Shown here: positions 55,874 through 64,000 of the stretch, one piece after another
How the letters are laid out: the number at the start of each line of letters is the position of its first letter
Numbering within the stretch: position 1 is the first letter of the stretch
From: an uncultured bacterium
GTDB lineage: Bacteria > Hydrothermota > Tepidihabitantia > Tepidihabitantales > Tepidihabitantaceae
Reading direction: 5' to 3'
Length of the DNA stretch: 64,000 nt
NCBI GenBank assembly: GCA_964626075.1
Contig: CAZVDD010000011.1
Location: forward strand, 12,566 to 76,565
Translations under genes and position numbers: made by a program
The notes under the pieces: model-generated
Database searches by the model: none
Told to the model about the DNA's origin: nothing
The model's input: only the letters and a program-made list of their open reading frames with translations

Positions 55874-57928
55874 TTGCTGGAAATTGGCACCGAGGAGTTG
55901 CCACCGGGTGTGATTGAACCGGCGGCGTGTGAGCTTTTGCGCCGGATTTGTGCCCGATTGGAAGAGGAAGGACTCAAGACCGGCGCAGGGGAGATATTTT
56001 ACACGCCGCGCCGGATAACGGTTAGGATAAGTGATGTGCCGGAAGAAAAACCGGGCGGTGTGGTTGAGTTGCAGGGGCCACCGAAGCGGGCGGGTTTTGA
56101 CCCGGAAGGGAAGCCGTCGAAAACCGCCATCGGATTTGCCCGAGCCCAGGGTAAAGGGGTAGAAGATTTGTATGTGAAGACAACACCGAAGGGCGAGTAT
56201 CTGTTCGTAAAGAAGGATGTGCCCCCGGTGCCGGTCAAGGCGATTTTAGAAAAGAGTCTCCCGGATTTGGTCCCGACCCTGCCTTTTCCCAAGACGATGC
56301 GCTGGAGTAGTTCTGGGCTACGGTTTTCCCGACCGATACGCTGGATTTTATGCCTTTTTGGTGCGGAAAAGGTACGGTTTGAGTTTGACGGCATTGAGTC
56401 GGGAAGCTGGACCATGGGGCACCGTAATTTCAGTTCCCAGCCGGTGGTGATTGCGCGGCCGGAAGATTACGAGCGGGTGCTGTTGGGCTGTCGGGTGATG
56501 GTAAATCCGGCCCAGAGGCGGGAGGCGGTAAGCGAGCGTTGTCGGCAACTGGCACAGGAGGTTGGGGGCGCAGTTGTGCCGGACCCGGCGCTGATTGAGG
56601 AGACGGTGAACATCACCGAGTATCCCGAGCCGATTCGGTGTCAGTTTAATCCGGACTATCTTGTTCTGCCCAAAGAGGTTTTGATAACCGCTTTGAAGAT
56701 GCATCAGCGCTGTTTTTCAATTCAGGGCCAGAACGGTAAGTTGCTGCCTTTCTTTATCGCGGTGGCAAACACGCCGGGTTGCGATAAGGATTGGGTGCGG
56801 TTCTGGTACGAGCGGGCGATTGAGTCGCGGTTGCGCGACGCCCGATTTTTTGTTGAAAGCGATTTGAAGGTCGGGCTAACGCCGCTGGTTGAGGAGGAGA
56901 AGCGGGTTGTCTGGATTGAAGGGCTGGGCAGTTATTACGAAAAGACGCAACGGCTCAGGGAGTTGTGCCGATTTCTTGCCCGGACGATTGGCGGGGTTGA
57001 TGAACTTCTGCTGGACCGGGCGGCGCTTTTATGTAAGGCGGATTTGTTGACCTCGGTTGTGCGGGAAAAGGAGTTCACCTCGCTGCAGGGTGTGATGGGC
57101 GGTATTTATGCAAAACTTTTAGGTGAGCCGGACCTGATAGCCCAGGCGATTAAAGAGCATTATCTGCCGAAAAGCCCGCAAGACCGGCTGCCCGAATCGT
57201 TGCTGGGCAGCGTCTTGAGTATTGCTGATAAGACCGACAATATCGTGGGCACCTATCTTGCGGGTGAGATTCCGACCGGTTCTGAGGACCCGTTCGGTGT
57301 TCGGCGTCAGGCAACCGGGGTGCTGCTCATCATTTTGCAGAAGCGGTTGCCGGTGGGGATTCCCGAACTGGTGAATAAGGGTTTAGCCCTGTTAGGCAGT
57401 AGTGACTGTAAGGTGCAGGATATGGTGCTGGAACTTTTCCGGGAGCGGTTGAGCGCAATCCTTGCCGAGGAGGGGATAAGGTACGATGTGGCGAATGCGG
57501 TTTTAGCAACGGTCTGGCACACACCGAGTGAAGCCCGGGCCCGGGCACAGGCGCTGGTCGAGTTTCGCGACCAGCCCGAGTTTGCGCGGTTGATTGTCGG
57601 GCAGAAGCGGGTTGCAAACATCCTGCGCGGTCAGGAGGTTTCTGGATTACCAGACCAGGCGCTGTTTCAGGAAGAGGCGGAGCGGGTTTTGTGGGATGAG
57701 GCGCAGAAGATTGCGTCCGAACTGAAAGATAAACTGCAGCGCGCTGACTATCGCTCGGCACTGGAACTTTTGCTCTCTTTACGCCCGGCGATTGACCGGT
57801 TGTTTGATGATGTACTGGTGATGTGTGAAGATGAAAGTTTAAGGATGAATCGGCTCCGGCTGCTCTCTTATGTGCGGTCGCTTTTTGCCCAGGTCGCAGA
57901 CCTTTCCCAGATTGTCCTTGAAGGTTAA
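55874..57928 (+). CDS. glyS: Glycine--tRNA ligase beta subunit
   Basis: About 685 aa. The N-terminus LLEIGTEELPP and an HD/anticodon-binding C-terminal region match GlyS. The start was re-called to a TTG after the GAGGAG RBS. Confidence 0.85.
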   Translation: MLEIGTEELPPGVIEPAACELLRRICARLEEEGLKTGAGEIFYTPRRITVRISDVPEEKPGGVVELQGPPKRAGFDPEGKPSKTAIGFARAQGKGVEDLYVKTTPKGEYLFVKKDVPPVPVKAILEKSLPDLVPTLPFPKTMRWSSSGLRFSRPIRWILCLFGAEKVRFEFDGIESGSWTMGHRNFSSQPVVIARPEDYERVLLGCRVMVNPAQRREAVSERCRQLAQEVGGAVVPDPALIEETVNITEYPEPIRCQFNPDYLVLPKEVLITALKMHQRCFSIQGQNGKLLPFFIAVANTPGCDKDWVRFWYERAIESRLRDARFFVESDLKVGLTPLVEEEKRVVWIEGLGSYYEKTQRLRELCRFLARTIGGVDELLLDRAALLCKADLLTSVVREKEFTSLQGVMGGIYAKLLGEPDLIAQAIKEHYLPKSPQDRLPESLLGSVLSIADKTDNIVGTYLAGEIPTGSEDPFGVRRQATGVLLIILQKRLPVGIPELVNKGLALLGSSDCKVQDMVLELFRERLSAILAEEGIRYDVANAVLATVWHTPSEARARAQALVEFRDQPEFARLIVGQKRVANILRGQEVSGLPDQALFQEEAERVLWDEAQKIASELKDKLQRADYRSALELLLSLRPAIDRLFDDVLVMCEDESLRMNRLRLLSYVRSLFAQVADLSQIVLEG

Positions 57929-57959
57929 GACTCTTTTTGTCTTTTGCGCCGGGGTCGGG

Positions 57960-58445
57960 GTGTTGTTGCTCCTCGTTTTTTGTGCCGGCGCTTGCCGGAG
58001 TCGGATAAAGAAGCGGTTTGATTTCCAGCGGCAGGAATCAAGCGGCACAGCGAGTCGGCAAGAAAAATCGGCCCTTACCCTGACAATCAAGGGGAACAGG
58101 ATTGAGGCTGAGGTGGCGGCAACGCCCGAGAAGCAAATTCAAGGGCTTTCCTTCCGCACCGCACTGCATCCGGATTCGGGGATGGTTTTTGTTTTTGAAA
58201 ATGAGCAAACGCTGCGTTTCTGGATGAAGAATACCTATATTCCCCTGGCGATTGCCTTCATCGATAAGCAGGGCGTGATTACCGATGTTATGGAGATGGC
58301 GCCCCTTGACACCGAAACCAGATATCAGTCTTCCCGGCCGGCAAGTTACGCCCTGGAGGTAAATTCGGGCTGGTTTTTAATCCACAATGTCAAACCGGGC
58401 GACACGGTGCTTGGATTGCCCGGGCCGAGTTTCCTCAGACATTGA
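57960..58445 (+). CDS. DUF192 (COG1430) family secreted or lipoprotein
   Basis: It has a GTG start with a signal/lipobox (LLLLVFCAGAC). The conserved core is MVFVFENEQTLRFWMKNTYIPLAIAFID. The track ORF begins earlier, inside glyS. Confidence 0.55.
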   Translation: MLLLLVFCAGACRSRIKKRFDFQRQESSGTASRQEKSALTLTIKGNRIEAEVAATPEKQIQGLSFRTALHPDSGMVFVFENEQTLRFWMKNTYIPLAIAFIDKQGVITDVMEMAPLDTETRYQSSRPASYALEVNSGWFLIHNVKPGDTVLGLPGPSFLRH

Positions 58446-58510
58446 ATTTTCCAGCGGGCTGTTTCCTTGACAGAAGATAGGTTTAGAAGTATTTTCTTTT
58501 TGAGGATAGA

Positions 58511-59815
58511 TTGAACTGGCTGCGATTTGGTTTTATTGCTGCCCTGGGCGTAGCACTTGCCAGCTGCGCCTATTTTAACACCTTTTACAATGCCGAGATG
58601 TTTTATCGGGAGGGTATGAGGTTGAAGGCACAGGGTCAGACAGGTGCGGCACTGCCCAAGTTTGATAAGGCGATTGAGAAGTCGGCGTTGGTGATTAATC
58701 GCTGGCCTAAATCCCGCTGGGTTGACGATGCCCTGTTTCTGATTGGGCGCAGTTACTATGAAAAGGGTGATTATGCCCGGGCGGCGAGTTATTTTGAAAG
58801 GCTGGGTCTGGCTTTTGACCGGTCGCCATATCTGCCTGAGGCGGAACTTTATCGGGGGCTGGCGCTTTTCCGAAGCGGTGAGGCGGGGAGTGCCCGGCTT
58901 GTGCTCGAGGGTGTGAAGAAGCGGTCTCCTAAACTGGGTGGGCTCGCCGATTACTACATTGCGACTTATGAAATTGAGCAGGGCGAGGTTCGAGAGGGTG
59001 TTGATTCGCTTGTCGCGCTGGTGCAGCGTTACCCCCGTTTTCCTTATGTTAAGGATGCGGTGAGCCGTATTGCCGAGGGCAAGATGCAGCTGGGCGAGTT
59101 TGAAGATGCGGAGCGCTGGCTTCGGCGTTATGTGGAACTGGAGCCGTTGCCCCGGCTACGGGCCGAGGCGCAGATGAAGATTGCCCGCTGCCGATTAGAG
59201 CAGGGGAAAAGCGATGAGGCGGTGCGGATGGTTGAGGAGGTGCGGGGCAAATATCCGGACCTGGACGAGGCGTTGAATCTACTTTTGGGCAAAGCCTATC
59301 TGACGCTGGGAAAGAACGAGCAGGCGCTGGCGGCGTTTTCCCGGGTTCGGGGAAACAACGCAACCGGTGCCGAGGCGGCGTTTCTCATCGGCAAATTTTA
59401 CGAGGAAAACAGGGATTTTGCCCGGGCAAAGGTTTATTACGACAGTGCGCGGCTGCGCCGCGCCGATTCGGAACAGGGGGTTCAGGCCGCAAAACGGCTG
59501 GCGTTGCTCAAGGCGCTGGAGGAAGATACAACAGGCATTAGGGATGCGGCGGAAATGAAGTTTTTGCTTGCCGAGGTACACAACCTGAACCTGGGAGATT
59601 TTGATACCGCGCTGCTTCTTTACCAGCAGGTTTACGACTCCTTTCCCCAGAGCAACTGGGCAGCGAAGGCGCTTTTGGCTCGGGCGTGGATTCTTTTGTA
59701 CAAGAGGGCAGATACCAGCGCTACCCTTGAGGAGTTGAACAAAATCGTTCGTTGGTATCCTGATACGGAGTTCGCTACTGAGGCGAAGCGGTGGCTGGAG
59801 AAATTTAAGCGCTAA
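58511..59815 (+). CDS. Tetratricopeptide-repeat lipoprotein (BamD/YfiO-like N-terminus)
   Basis: It has a lipobox (ALASC) and many TPR units. The first units resemble BamD. Confidence 0.6.
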   Translation: MNWLRFGFIAALGVALASCAYFNTFYNAEMFYREGMRLKAQGQTGAALPKFDKAIEKSALVINRWPKSRWVDDALFLIGRSYYEKGDYARAASYFERLGLAFDRSPYLPEAELYRGLALFRSGEAGSARLVLEGVKKRSPKLGGLADYYIATYEIEQGEVREGVDSLVALVQRYPRFPYVKDAVSRIAEGKMQLGEFEDAERWLRRYVELEPLPRLRAEAQMKIARCRLEQGKSDEAVRMVEEVRGKYPDLDEALNLLLGKAYLTLGKNEQALAAFSRVRGNNATGAEAAFLIGKFYEENRDFARAKVYYDSARLRRADSEQGVQAAKRLALLKALEEDTTGIRDAAEMKFLLAEVHNLNLGDFDTALLLYQQVYDSFPQSNWAAKALLARAWILLYKRADTSATLEELNKIVRWYPDTEFATEAKRWLEKFKR

Positions 59816-59833
59816 GGCGGTGCGGAGGAAGGT

Positions 59834-60592
59834 TTGGTTATCCAGGCGAACGGTCCAGTAACCGAGGTCAAGCGGTTGGGGAGCGAGATATTTTCGGTTT
59901 GGATTTCCGAGGCGAGAATCAGTCAGAAAATCAAGCCCGGGCAGTTTATCGGGGTTAAGGTATCAGAAGGGACGGATTTGCTTTTGCGCCGGCCCTTTTC
60001 TGTGGCGGATGTCAATGGGGATAAAATCAGGATAGTTTTTCGGGTTGTGGGACCGGGGACCGAAAGGCTTGCCCGTAGTAAAAAGGGAGATAAGTGGGAC
60101 ATCATCGGGCCGTTGGGCAAACCGGCGCCTCTGGTAAGGAACAGGACTGTTGTAATCTGTGGGGGTGGTGTCGGTGTGGCGCCATTGCTTTATCTCACCA
60201 GAGTATTGCATAAGGCGAATCAGGTTGTCGTGCTGCTGGGGGCGCGCTGCGCCCCAGAGTTGATTATGGTGTCCGATTTTCGAAGAGTCGGGGTAAAGGT
60301 GCAGTTAACAACCGAAGATGGCAGTCAGGGTGTAAAGGGATTGGTGACCGAGGCGCTGGCGCCGGTGCTATCAGAGATGCGGGCGCCGGTTGTCTACGCC
60401 TGTGGACCCAAGGGGATGATTAAGGCGCTTTACCCGTTGAGTGAAAAGGTCAAGGTCTGGGCGTTTTTAGAGGAGAGGATGGGATGTGGTATTGGGGTTT
60501 GCTACGGCTGCGCGGTGCAGAAAAAAGCGGGGGGATATCTGCGATTGTGTAAGGATGGTCCGGTTGTGAGTCTGGATGAGGTGGTGCTGTGA
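59834..60592 (+). CDS. pyrK: Dihydroorotate dehydrogenase electron-transfer subunit
   Basis: It has an FAD/NAD-binding FNR-like fold and a C-terminal 2Fe-2S cluster (CGIGVCYGCAV). Confidence 0.85.
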   Translation: MVIQANGPVTEVKRLGSEIFSVWISEARISQKIKPGQFIGVKVSEGTDLLLRRPFSVADVNGDKIRIVFRVVGPGTERLARSKKGDKWDIIGPLGKPAPLVRNRTVVICGGGVGVAPLLYLTRVLHKANQVVVLLGARCAPELIMVSDFRRVGVKVQLTTEDGSQGVKGLVTEALAPVLSEMRAPVVYACGPKGMIKALYPLSEKVKVWAFLEERMGCGIGVCYGCAVQKKAGGYLRLCKDGPVVSLDEVVL

Positions 60593-61497
60593 AGTTTGAG
60601 GTTCTTATCCGCAATGTGAAATTTCCCAATCCAGTGCTCGCCGCATCCGGAACATTCGGCTTCGGGCTGGAGTTTTTAGCGGTGGCGAATCGGCTCGGTG
60701 GTGTTGTTACCAAGGGTTTGACAGTAAAACCGAGGGCGGGCAATCCACCGCCCAGAATTGTGGAAACGCCAAGTGGGGTGGTAAATTCAGTTGGTCTGGA
60801 GAACCCCGGGGTTGCGGTGTTTAAAACAGATATTCTGCCCCGGCTTAAAAGACTTAAATGTCCGGTTCTTGTTAACCTGGCGGCAGGGAGTGGAGACGAG
60901 TTCTGTGAGTTAACCGAGATTCTCGAAGAGACACCAGTTGCTGGACTGGAACTGAACCTGTCCTGCCCGAATGTGAAGGAAGGCGGTGTGGCTTTTGGCC
61001 AGAACCCGTCGCGGGTCGCGGAGATTACAAGGGCGGTGCGCAAGAGGACCGATAAGTTGCTGGTCGTGAAGTTGACCGCAAACTTTGTTGACCCGGCAGA
61101 GACGGCAAAAGCGGCTGAGGCAGCGGGCGCCGATGCGGTAAGTTTGATAAATACGCTGTTTGCTCTGGTGCTGGACCAAAATGGCAGACCATTTCTTGGC
61201 GGCAAGACCGGTGGGCTTTCTGGTCCGGCGATAAAACCTTTCGCCCTGTATTGCGTGGCAAGGGTGGCGAAGGCGGTTAAGATTCCGGTTATCGGGATAG
61301 GAGGAATCAGGACGGGGCAGGATGCGTTTGAGTTCATCAGCGCCGGTGCCCATCTGGTTCAGGTGGGAACGGCAAACTTAACGCGGCCGGACGGCGCGGT
61401 TGAAGTGCTGAAGGGGTTGAGAAGGTTGGCGCGCATTCAGGGCTGGCAGAACTGGGATGATGTTCGAGGAAAGGCAGGAGAGGGTTGTTTCTGTTGA
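60589..61497 (+). CDS. pyrD: Dihydroorotate dehydrogenase catalytic subunit (class 1B)
   Basis: It is a TIM-barrel DHODH with NLSCPN and GGI...G motifs. It overlaps pyrK by 4 nt. Confidence 0.9.
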   Translation: MKFEVLIRNVKFPNPVLAASGTFGFGLEFLAVANRLGGVVTKGLTVKPRAGNPPPRIVETPSGVVNSVGLENPGVAVFKTDILPRLKRLKCPVLVNLAAGSGDEFCELTEILEETPVAGLELNLSCPNVKEGGVAFGQNPSRVAEITRAVRKRTDKLLVVKLTANFVDPAETAKAAEAAGADAVSLINTLFALVLDQNGRPFLGGKTGGLSGPAIKPFALYCVARVAKAVKIPVIGIGGIRTGQDAFEFISAGAHLVQVGTANLTRPDGAVEVLKGLRRLARIQGWQNWDDVRGKAGEGCFC

Positions 61498-61509
61498 GAG
61501 GAGAGGTAG

Positions 61510-62217
61510 ATGACCAGGTTAATTCTGGCTTTAAATGTTGACAGTAAGGAGCGAGCAAGAGAGATTTATCAAAGAGTTGGGTCTCGGGTTGATGTGTACA
61601 AAATAGGCATTGACCTATGGACCAGAACGGGCCCAGAATTGGTGAAGGAGTTTGTTTCTCAAGGGGCAGAGGTTTTTCTCGACCTTAAGTTTTGCGATAT
61701 CCCATCGGTTGTTGCCAAGGCGGTGGCGGCGGCAGCAGAACTGGGGGTGAAGATGTTGACCGTTCATACAATGGGCGGGGCGGCGATGTTGTACGCGGCG
61801 GTTAAAGCGGCGCAGGCGGCAGGGGAGAAAAAACCGCTGGTTTTGGGCGTGACGGTGTTGACCAGTTTCGACCGTTCGGCTCTGGCGCAGGTGACGGGCT
61901 GCGACCAGGAGGTGGAAACCCGGGTTCTGGCGCTGGCAGAACTGGCACAGAGTATGGGTTGCGATGGGGTCGTCGCGGCGCCGTTAGAAATTAAGTTGAT
62001 TCGAAAACGGTGCGGTCCGAAACTTGCAATCGTGACCCCGGGCATAAGACTGGAAACAGTGCCCTCAATTGACGACCAGGCGCGGACATTGACACCAATA
62101 GCGGCGGCGCAAGCCGGAGCGGATTACATTGTTGTGGGAAGACCGATATACGAGGCAGTAGACCCGGGATTGGTGATTGCGGAGATTAAAAGGCAGTTGG
62201 GGAGGGGAGATGAATGA
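61510..62217 (+). CDS. pyrF: Orotidine 5'-phosphate decarboxylase
   Basis: It has the motifs VYKIG and FLDLKFCDIPSVV (a DxKxxDIP variant). Confidence 0.85.
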   Translation: MTRLILALNVDSKERAREIYQRVGSRVDVYKIGIDLWTRTGPELVKEFVSQGAEVFLDLKFCDIPSVVAKAVAAAAELGVKMLTVHTMGGAAMLYAAVKAAQAAGEKKPLVLGVTVLTSFDRSALAQVTGCDQEVETRVLALAELAQSMGCDGVVAAPLEIKLIRKRCGPKLAIVTPGIRLETVPSIDDQARTLTPIAAAQAGADYIVVGRPIYEAVDPGLVIAEIKRQLGRGDE

Positions 62218-62779
62218 TGATTTTGCCCGTTTGTTGCGCGCTGTTGGGGCGTTGCGGGAGGGCCATTTTCTTTTGACTTCAGGGCTACATTCCGCAAGAT
62301 ATTTTGAGAAGTTTCGGATACTTGAACGGCCCGAACTGTGTGAGCGTTTTGCCCGACCGATTGGAGAACGGTTTCAGCGTGCTGGAGTTACCGTGGTTTG
62401 CGGGCCCACGACCGGTGGGGTGATTGTTGCTTATGAAGTGGCACGCCAGATGGGCTGTCGCTGCGTCATTGCGGAAAAGTCAGAGGCCGGTCGGAAGATT
62501 GGCCGGGGGTTTTCGGTTGCCGGTTCAGACCGGGTCTTGATTGTGGACGATGTGTTAACCACCGGCGGGTCAATTAAAGAAACCTTTGGGGCACTTGAGT
62601 CGACGGGCGCACAAATTGTTGGGGTAGGCGTATTTATTGACCGCTCTTTCGGCGTTAATTTCCCGGTGCCCTTTTTTGCAACTTATCGGGAGCAGGTGAT
62701 AAACTACCAGCCTGATAACTGCCCGTTATGCCAGGCAGGGGTTCCACTTGAATCACCGGGCAGAAGTGGCAAGGGTTAA
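62210..62779 (+). CDS. pyrE: Orotate phosphoribosyltransferase
   Basis: It has the PRTase motif LIVDDVLTTGGSI. The ATG overlaps the pyrF stop by 8 nt. The track ORF starts earlier at 62177. Confidence 0.85.
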   Translation: MNDDFARLLRAVGALREGHFLLTSGLHSARYFEKFRILERPELCERFARPIGERFQRAGVTVVCGPTTGGVIVAYEVARQMGCRCVIAEKSEAGRKIGRGFSVAGSDRVLIVDDVLTTGGSIKETFGALESTGAQIVGVGVFIDRSFGVNFPVPFFATYREQVINYQPDNCPLCQAGVPLESPGRSGKG

Positions 62780-62864
62780 GGGGTAAATTTTTCTTGACAT
62801 AAGGACAAAAACTCGTTAAATTTAAGCGTTAAGTTCTTTAGGCAATTAAACAGGAGGAGTAAGT

Positions 62865-63365
62865 ATGAAGAGAGTAACCAGAGTTACGATAATGTTGCTG
62901 GCTTTTATGTTCGCACTGGCACTGATGGGGTGTCCGAAAAAGTGCGTGAAGCCGGCGGCTGAAGAACCGGTTATTGTTGAAGAACCCCAGGTAGAGGAAG
63001 AGATTACACCGACCCCGGCGGAATTGAATCTCCAGACTATTTACTTTGACTTTGATAAGTCGGACATCAGACCGGGTGATGCCACAATCCTTCAGGCGAA
63101 TGCCGACCAGATTAAGAAGGCGGTTAATGCGGGACAGAAATTTTCGGTGACGATTGAGGGTCACTGCTGCCCGCTGGGCACCTCAGAGTACAATATGGCA
63201 TTGGGCTGGCGCCGGGCAGAGTCGGCAAAGTCTTATCTGGTTAAATTGGGCGTTGACGCCGGACTGCTCAACACCATCAGTTACGGTGAGGAGCGGCTGG
63301 TGACGAACGACCCGAACCAGTATCACCTGAACCGGCGCTGCGAGTTCAAAACAACCGCGAAGTAA
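62865..63365 (+). CDS. pal: OmpA-family peptidoglycan-associated lipoprotein (Pal-like)
   Basis: It has a lipobox (LMGCP) and an OmpA_C domain (TIYFDFDKSDI...EGHCCPLGTSEYNMALGWRRAES). An AGGAGG RBS and a weak TTGACA promoter lie at about 62794. Confidence 0.75.
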   Translation: MKRVTRVTIMLLAFMFALALMGCPKKCVKPAAEEPVIVEEPQVEEEITPTPAELNLQTIYFDFDKSDIRPGDATILQANADQIKKAVNAGQKFSVTIEGHCCPLGTSEYNMALGWRRAESAKSYLVKLGVDAGLLNTISYGEERLVTNDPNQYHLNRRCEFKTTAK

Positions 63366-63392
63366 CCTTTATAATTTAAGATTGATGGTCAA

Positions 63393-64000
63393 TGACAGCC
63401 GGTAGGCAGGAACGGTCCGCCAGCAAATATCTGGCAGCCATCACAAGCCTGCTGGCTGTCATCTTATTTTCGGGTTGCGGTCTCCAGCGCGAGTTTGTAC
63501 GGCGGGGTGAACTACTTGATTCGATTGCGTTGCAGGTGCAGCGGTTGGAAAAAGAGCAAATGGCGCAGCGCGAAGCGCTCAATCGACTGCGCGCCGATGC
63601 CCTGACCGGCCTGGAGGGTGTTGCGGCAAGGCTCAATGAGGTTGACGCGCAGTTAAACGACTTTGGCGAGCGGCTGGACCGAATTGGCAGGAGGGTCGGT
63701 GCGTGGCGCGGGGATTTAACTCCGGAGACGCCAGCGCGCGACGAGTCAATACCGGTAGCTGCGCCCGAAACGGTAAATTTTGGGATTGATGCCGATCGGC
63801 TTTACAACACCGCATACCTCGATTTTACCCGGGGAAATTATCAGGTGGCGATAATCGGCTTTCGCCGTTTTATCAAGTTGTTTCCCTCGAGCGAGATGGC
63901 GGACAACGCCCAGTACTGGGTTGGCGAATGTTTTTATTCACTCGGACAACTGGACAGTGCCGAGGCCGAGTTTCAACGGGTCATCAGTGAATATCCCCAG
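63393..64000 (+). CDS. cpoB: CpoB/YbgF-like TPR protein of the Tol-Pal system, 3'-truncated at the window edge
   Basis: The frame is open from the ATG at about 63393 to the window end. It has a lipobox-like signal (LFSGCG) and a coiled-coil region. A C-terminal TPR region (YNTAYLDFTRGNYQVAIIGFRRFIKLFP...AQYWVGECFYSLGQ) is typical of YbgF. Confidence 0.55.

Noticed and set aside
60450-61337. 295-aa minus-strand ORF antisense to pyrD
   Set aside because: It is a Pro/Ala/Ser-rich low-complexity translation of the GC-rich antisense strand inside a canonical pyrD.
1-64000. Search for a CRISPR array, IS elements, integrase/recombinase, toxin-antitoxin or restriction-modification genes, or a defence island
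   Set aside because: I saw no arrays of short direct repeats with spacers. I found no transposase/integrase-like ORFs or terminal inverted repeats, and no flanking tRNA. The window reads as core chromosome.

Overview
This 64-kb window is a gene-dense (about 90% coding) chromosomal stretch from a diderm bacterium of roughly 55% GC. Lol, Pal/CpoB, porin and two T9SS-type C-terminal sorting domains suggest an uncultivated FCB-like lineage. I found no rRNA, tRNA, CRISPR array, transposase or integrase. From start to end the window contains: (1) two tandem Pst phosphate-uptake operons. The first is extended as porin-pstSCAB-phoU-phoB-phoR behind a Pho-box-like repeat array. The second has a split PstB pair with complementary motif degeneracy. 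(2) LolA-like, PaaI thioesterase and RimO genes. (3) A T9SS-tail secreted protein. (4) A heterodimeric ABC exporter. (5) A deoxyhypusine-synthase-like plus ornithine-decarboxylase polyamine pair. (6) ADH, DsrE-like, methyltransferase, acyl-CoA synthetase, MltG, RuvX and LysS. (7) LolCD, McsA-McsB, SelA, Lgt, ComF and an M23 peptidase. (8) An ApbE / AmmeMemoRadiSam-like radical SAM / NusG-II / Gx-transporter / small-membrane-protein cluster. (9) A 1335-aa Kelch-repeat T9SS cargo protein. (10) prfA-prmC-nadK-pgsA-like genes. (11) A GWxTD-GWxTD-PSP1-thiC-aminotransferase operon. (12) A HEAT lipoprotein, glyS, DUF192, a TPR lipoprotein, pyrK-pyrD-pyrF-pyrE, pal and partial cpoB. I did not find a classical defence island. 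The best candidates for undescribed biology are the ApbE/radical-SAM/NusG-II/Gx cluster, the degenerate-site PstB heterodimer, and the GWxTD operon. All coordinates for motifs and promoters were counted by hand and may be off by 1-2 nt.
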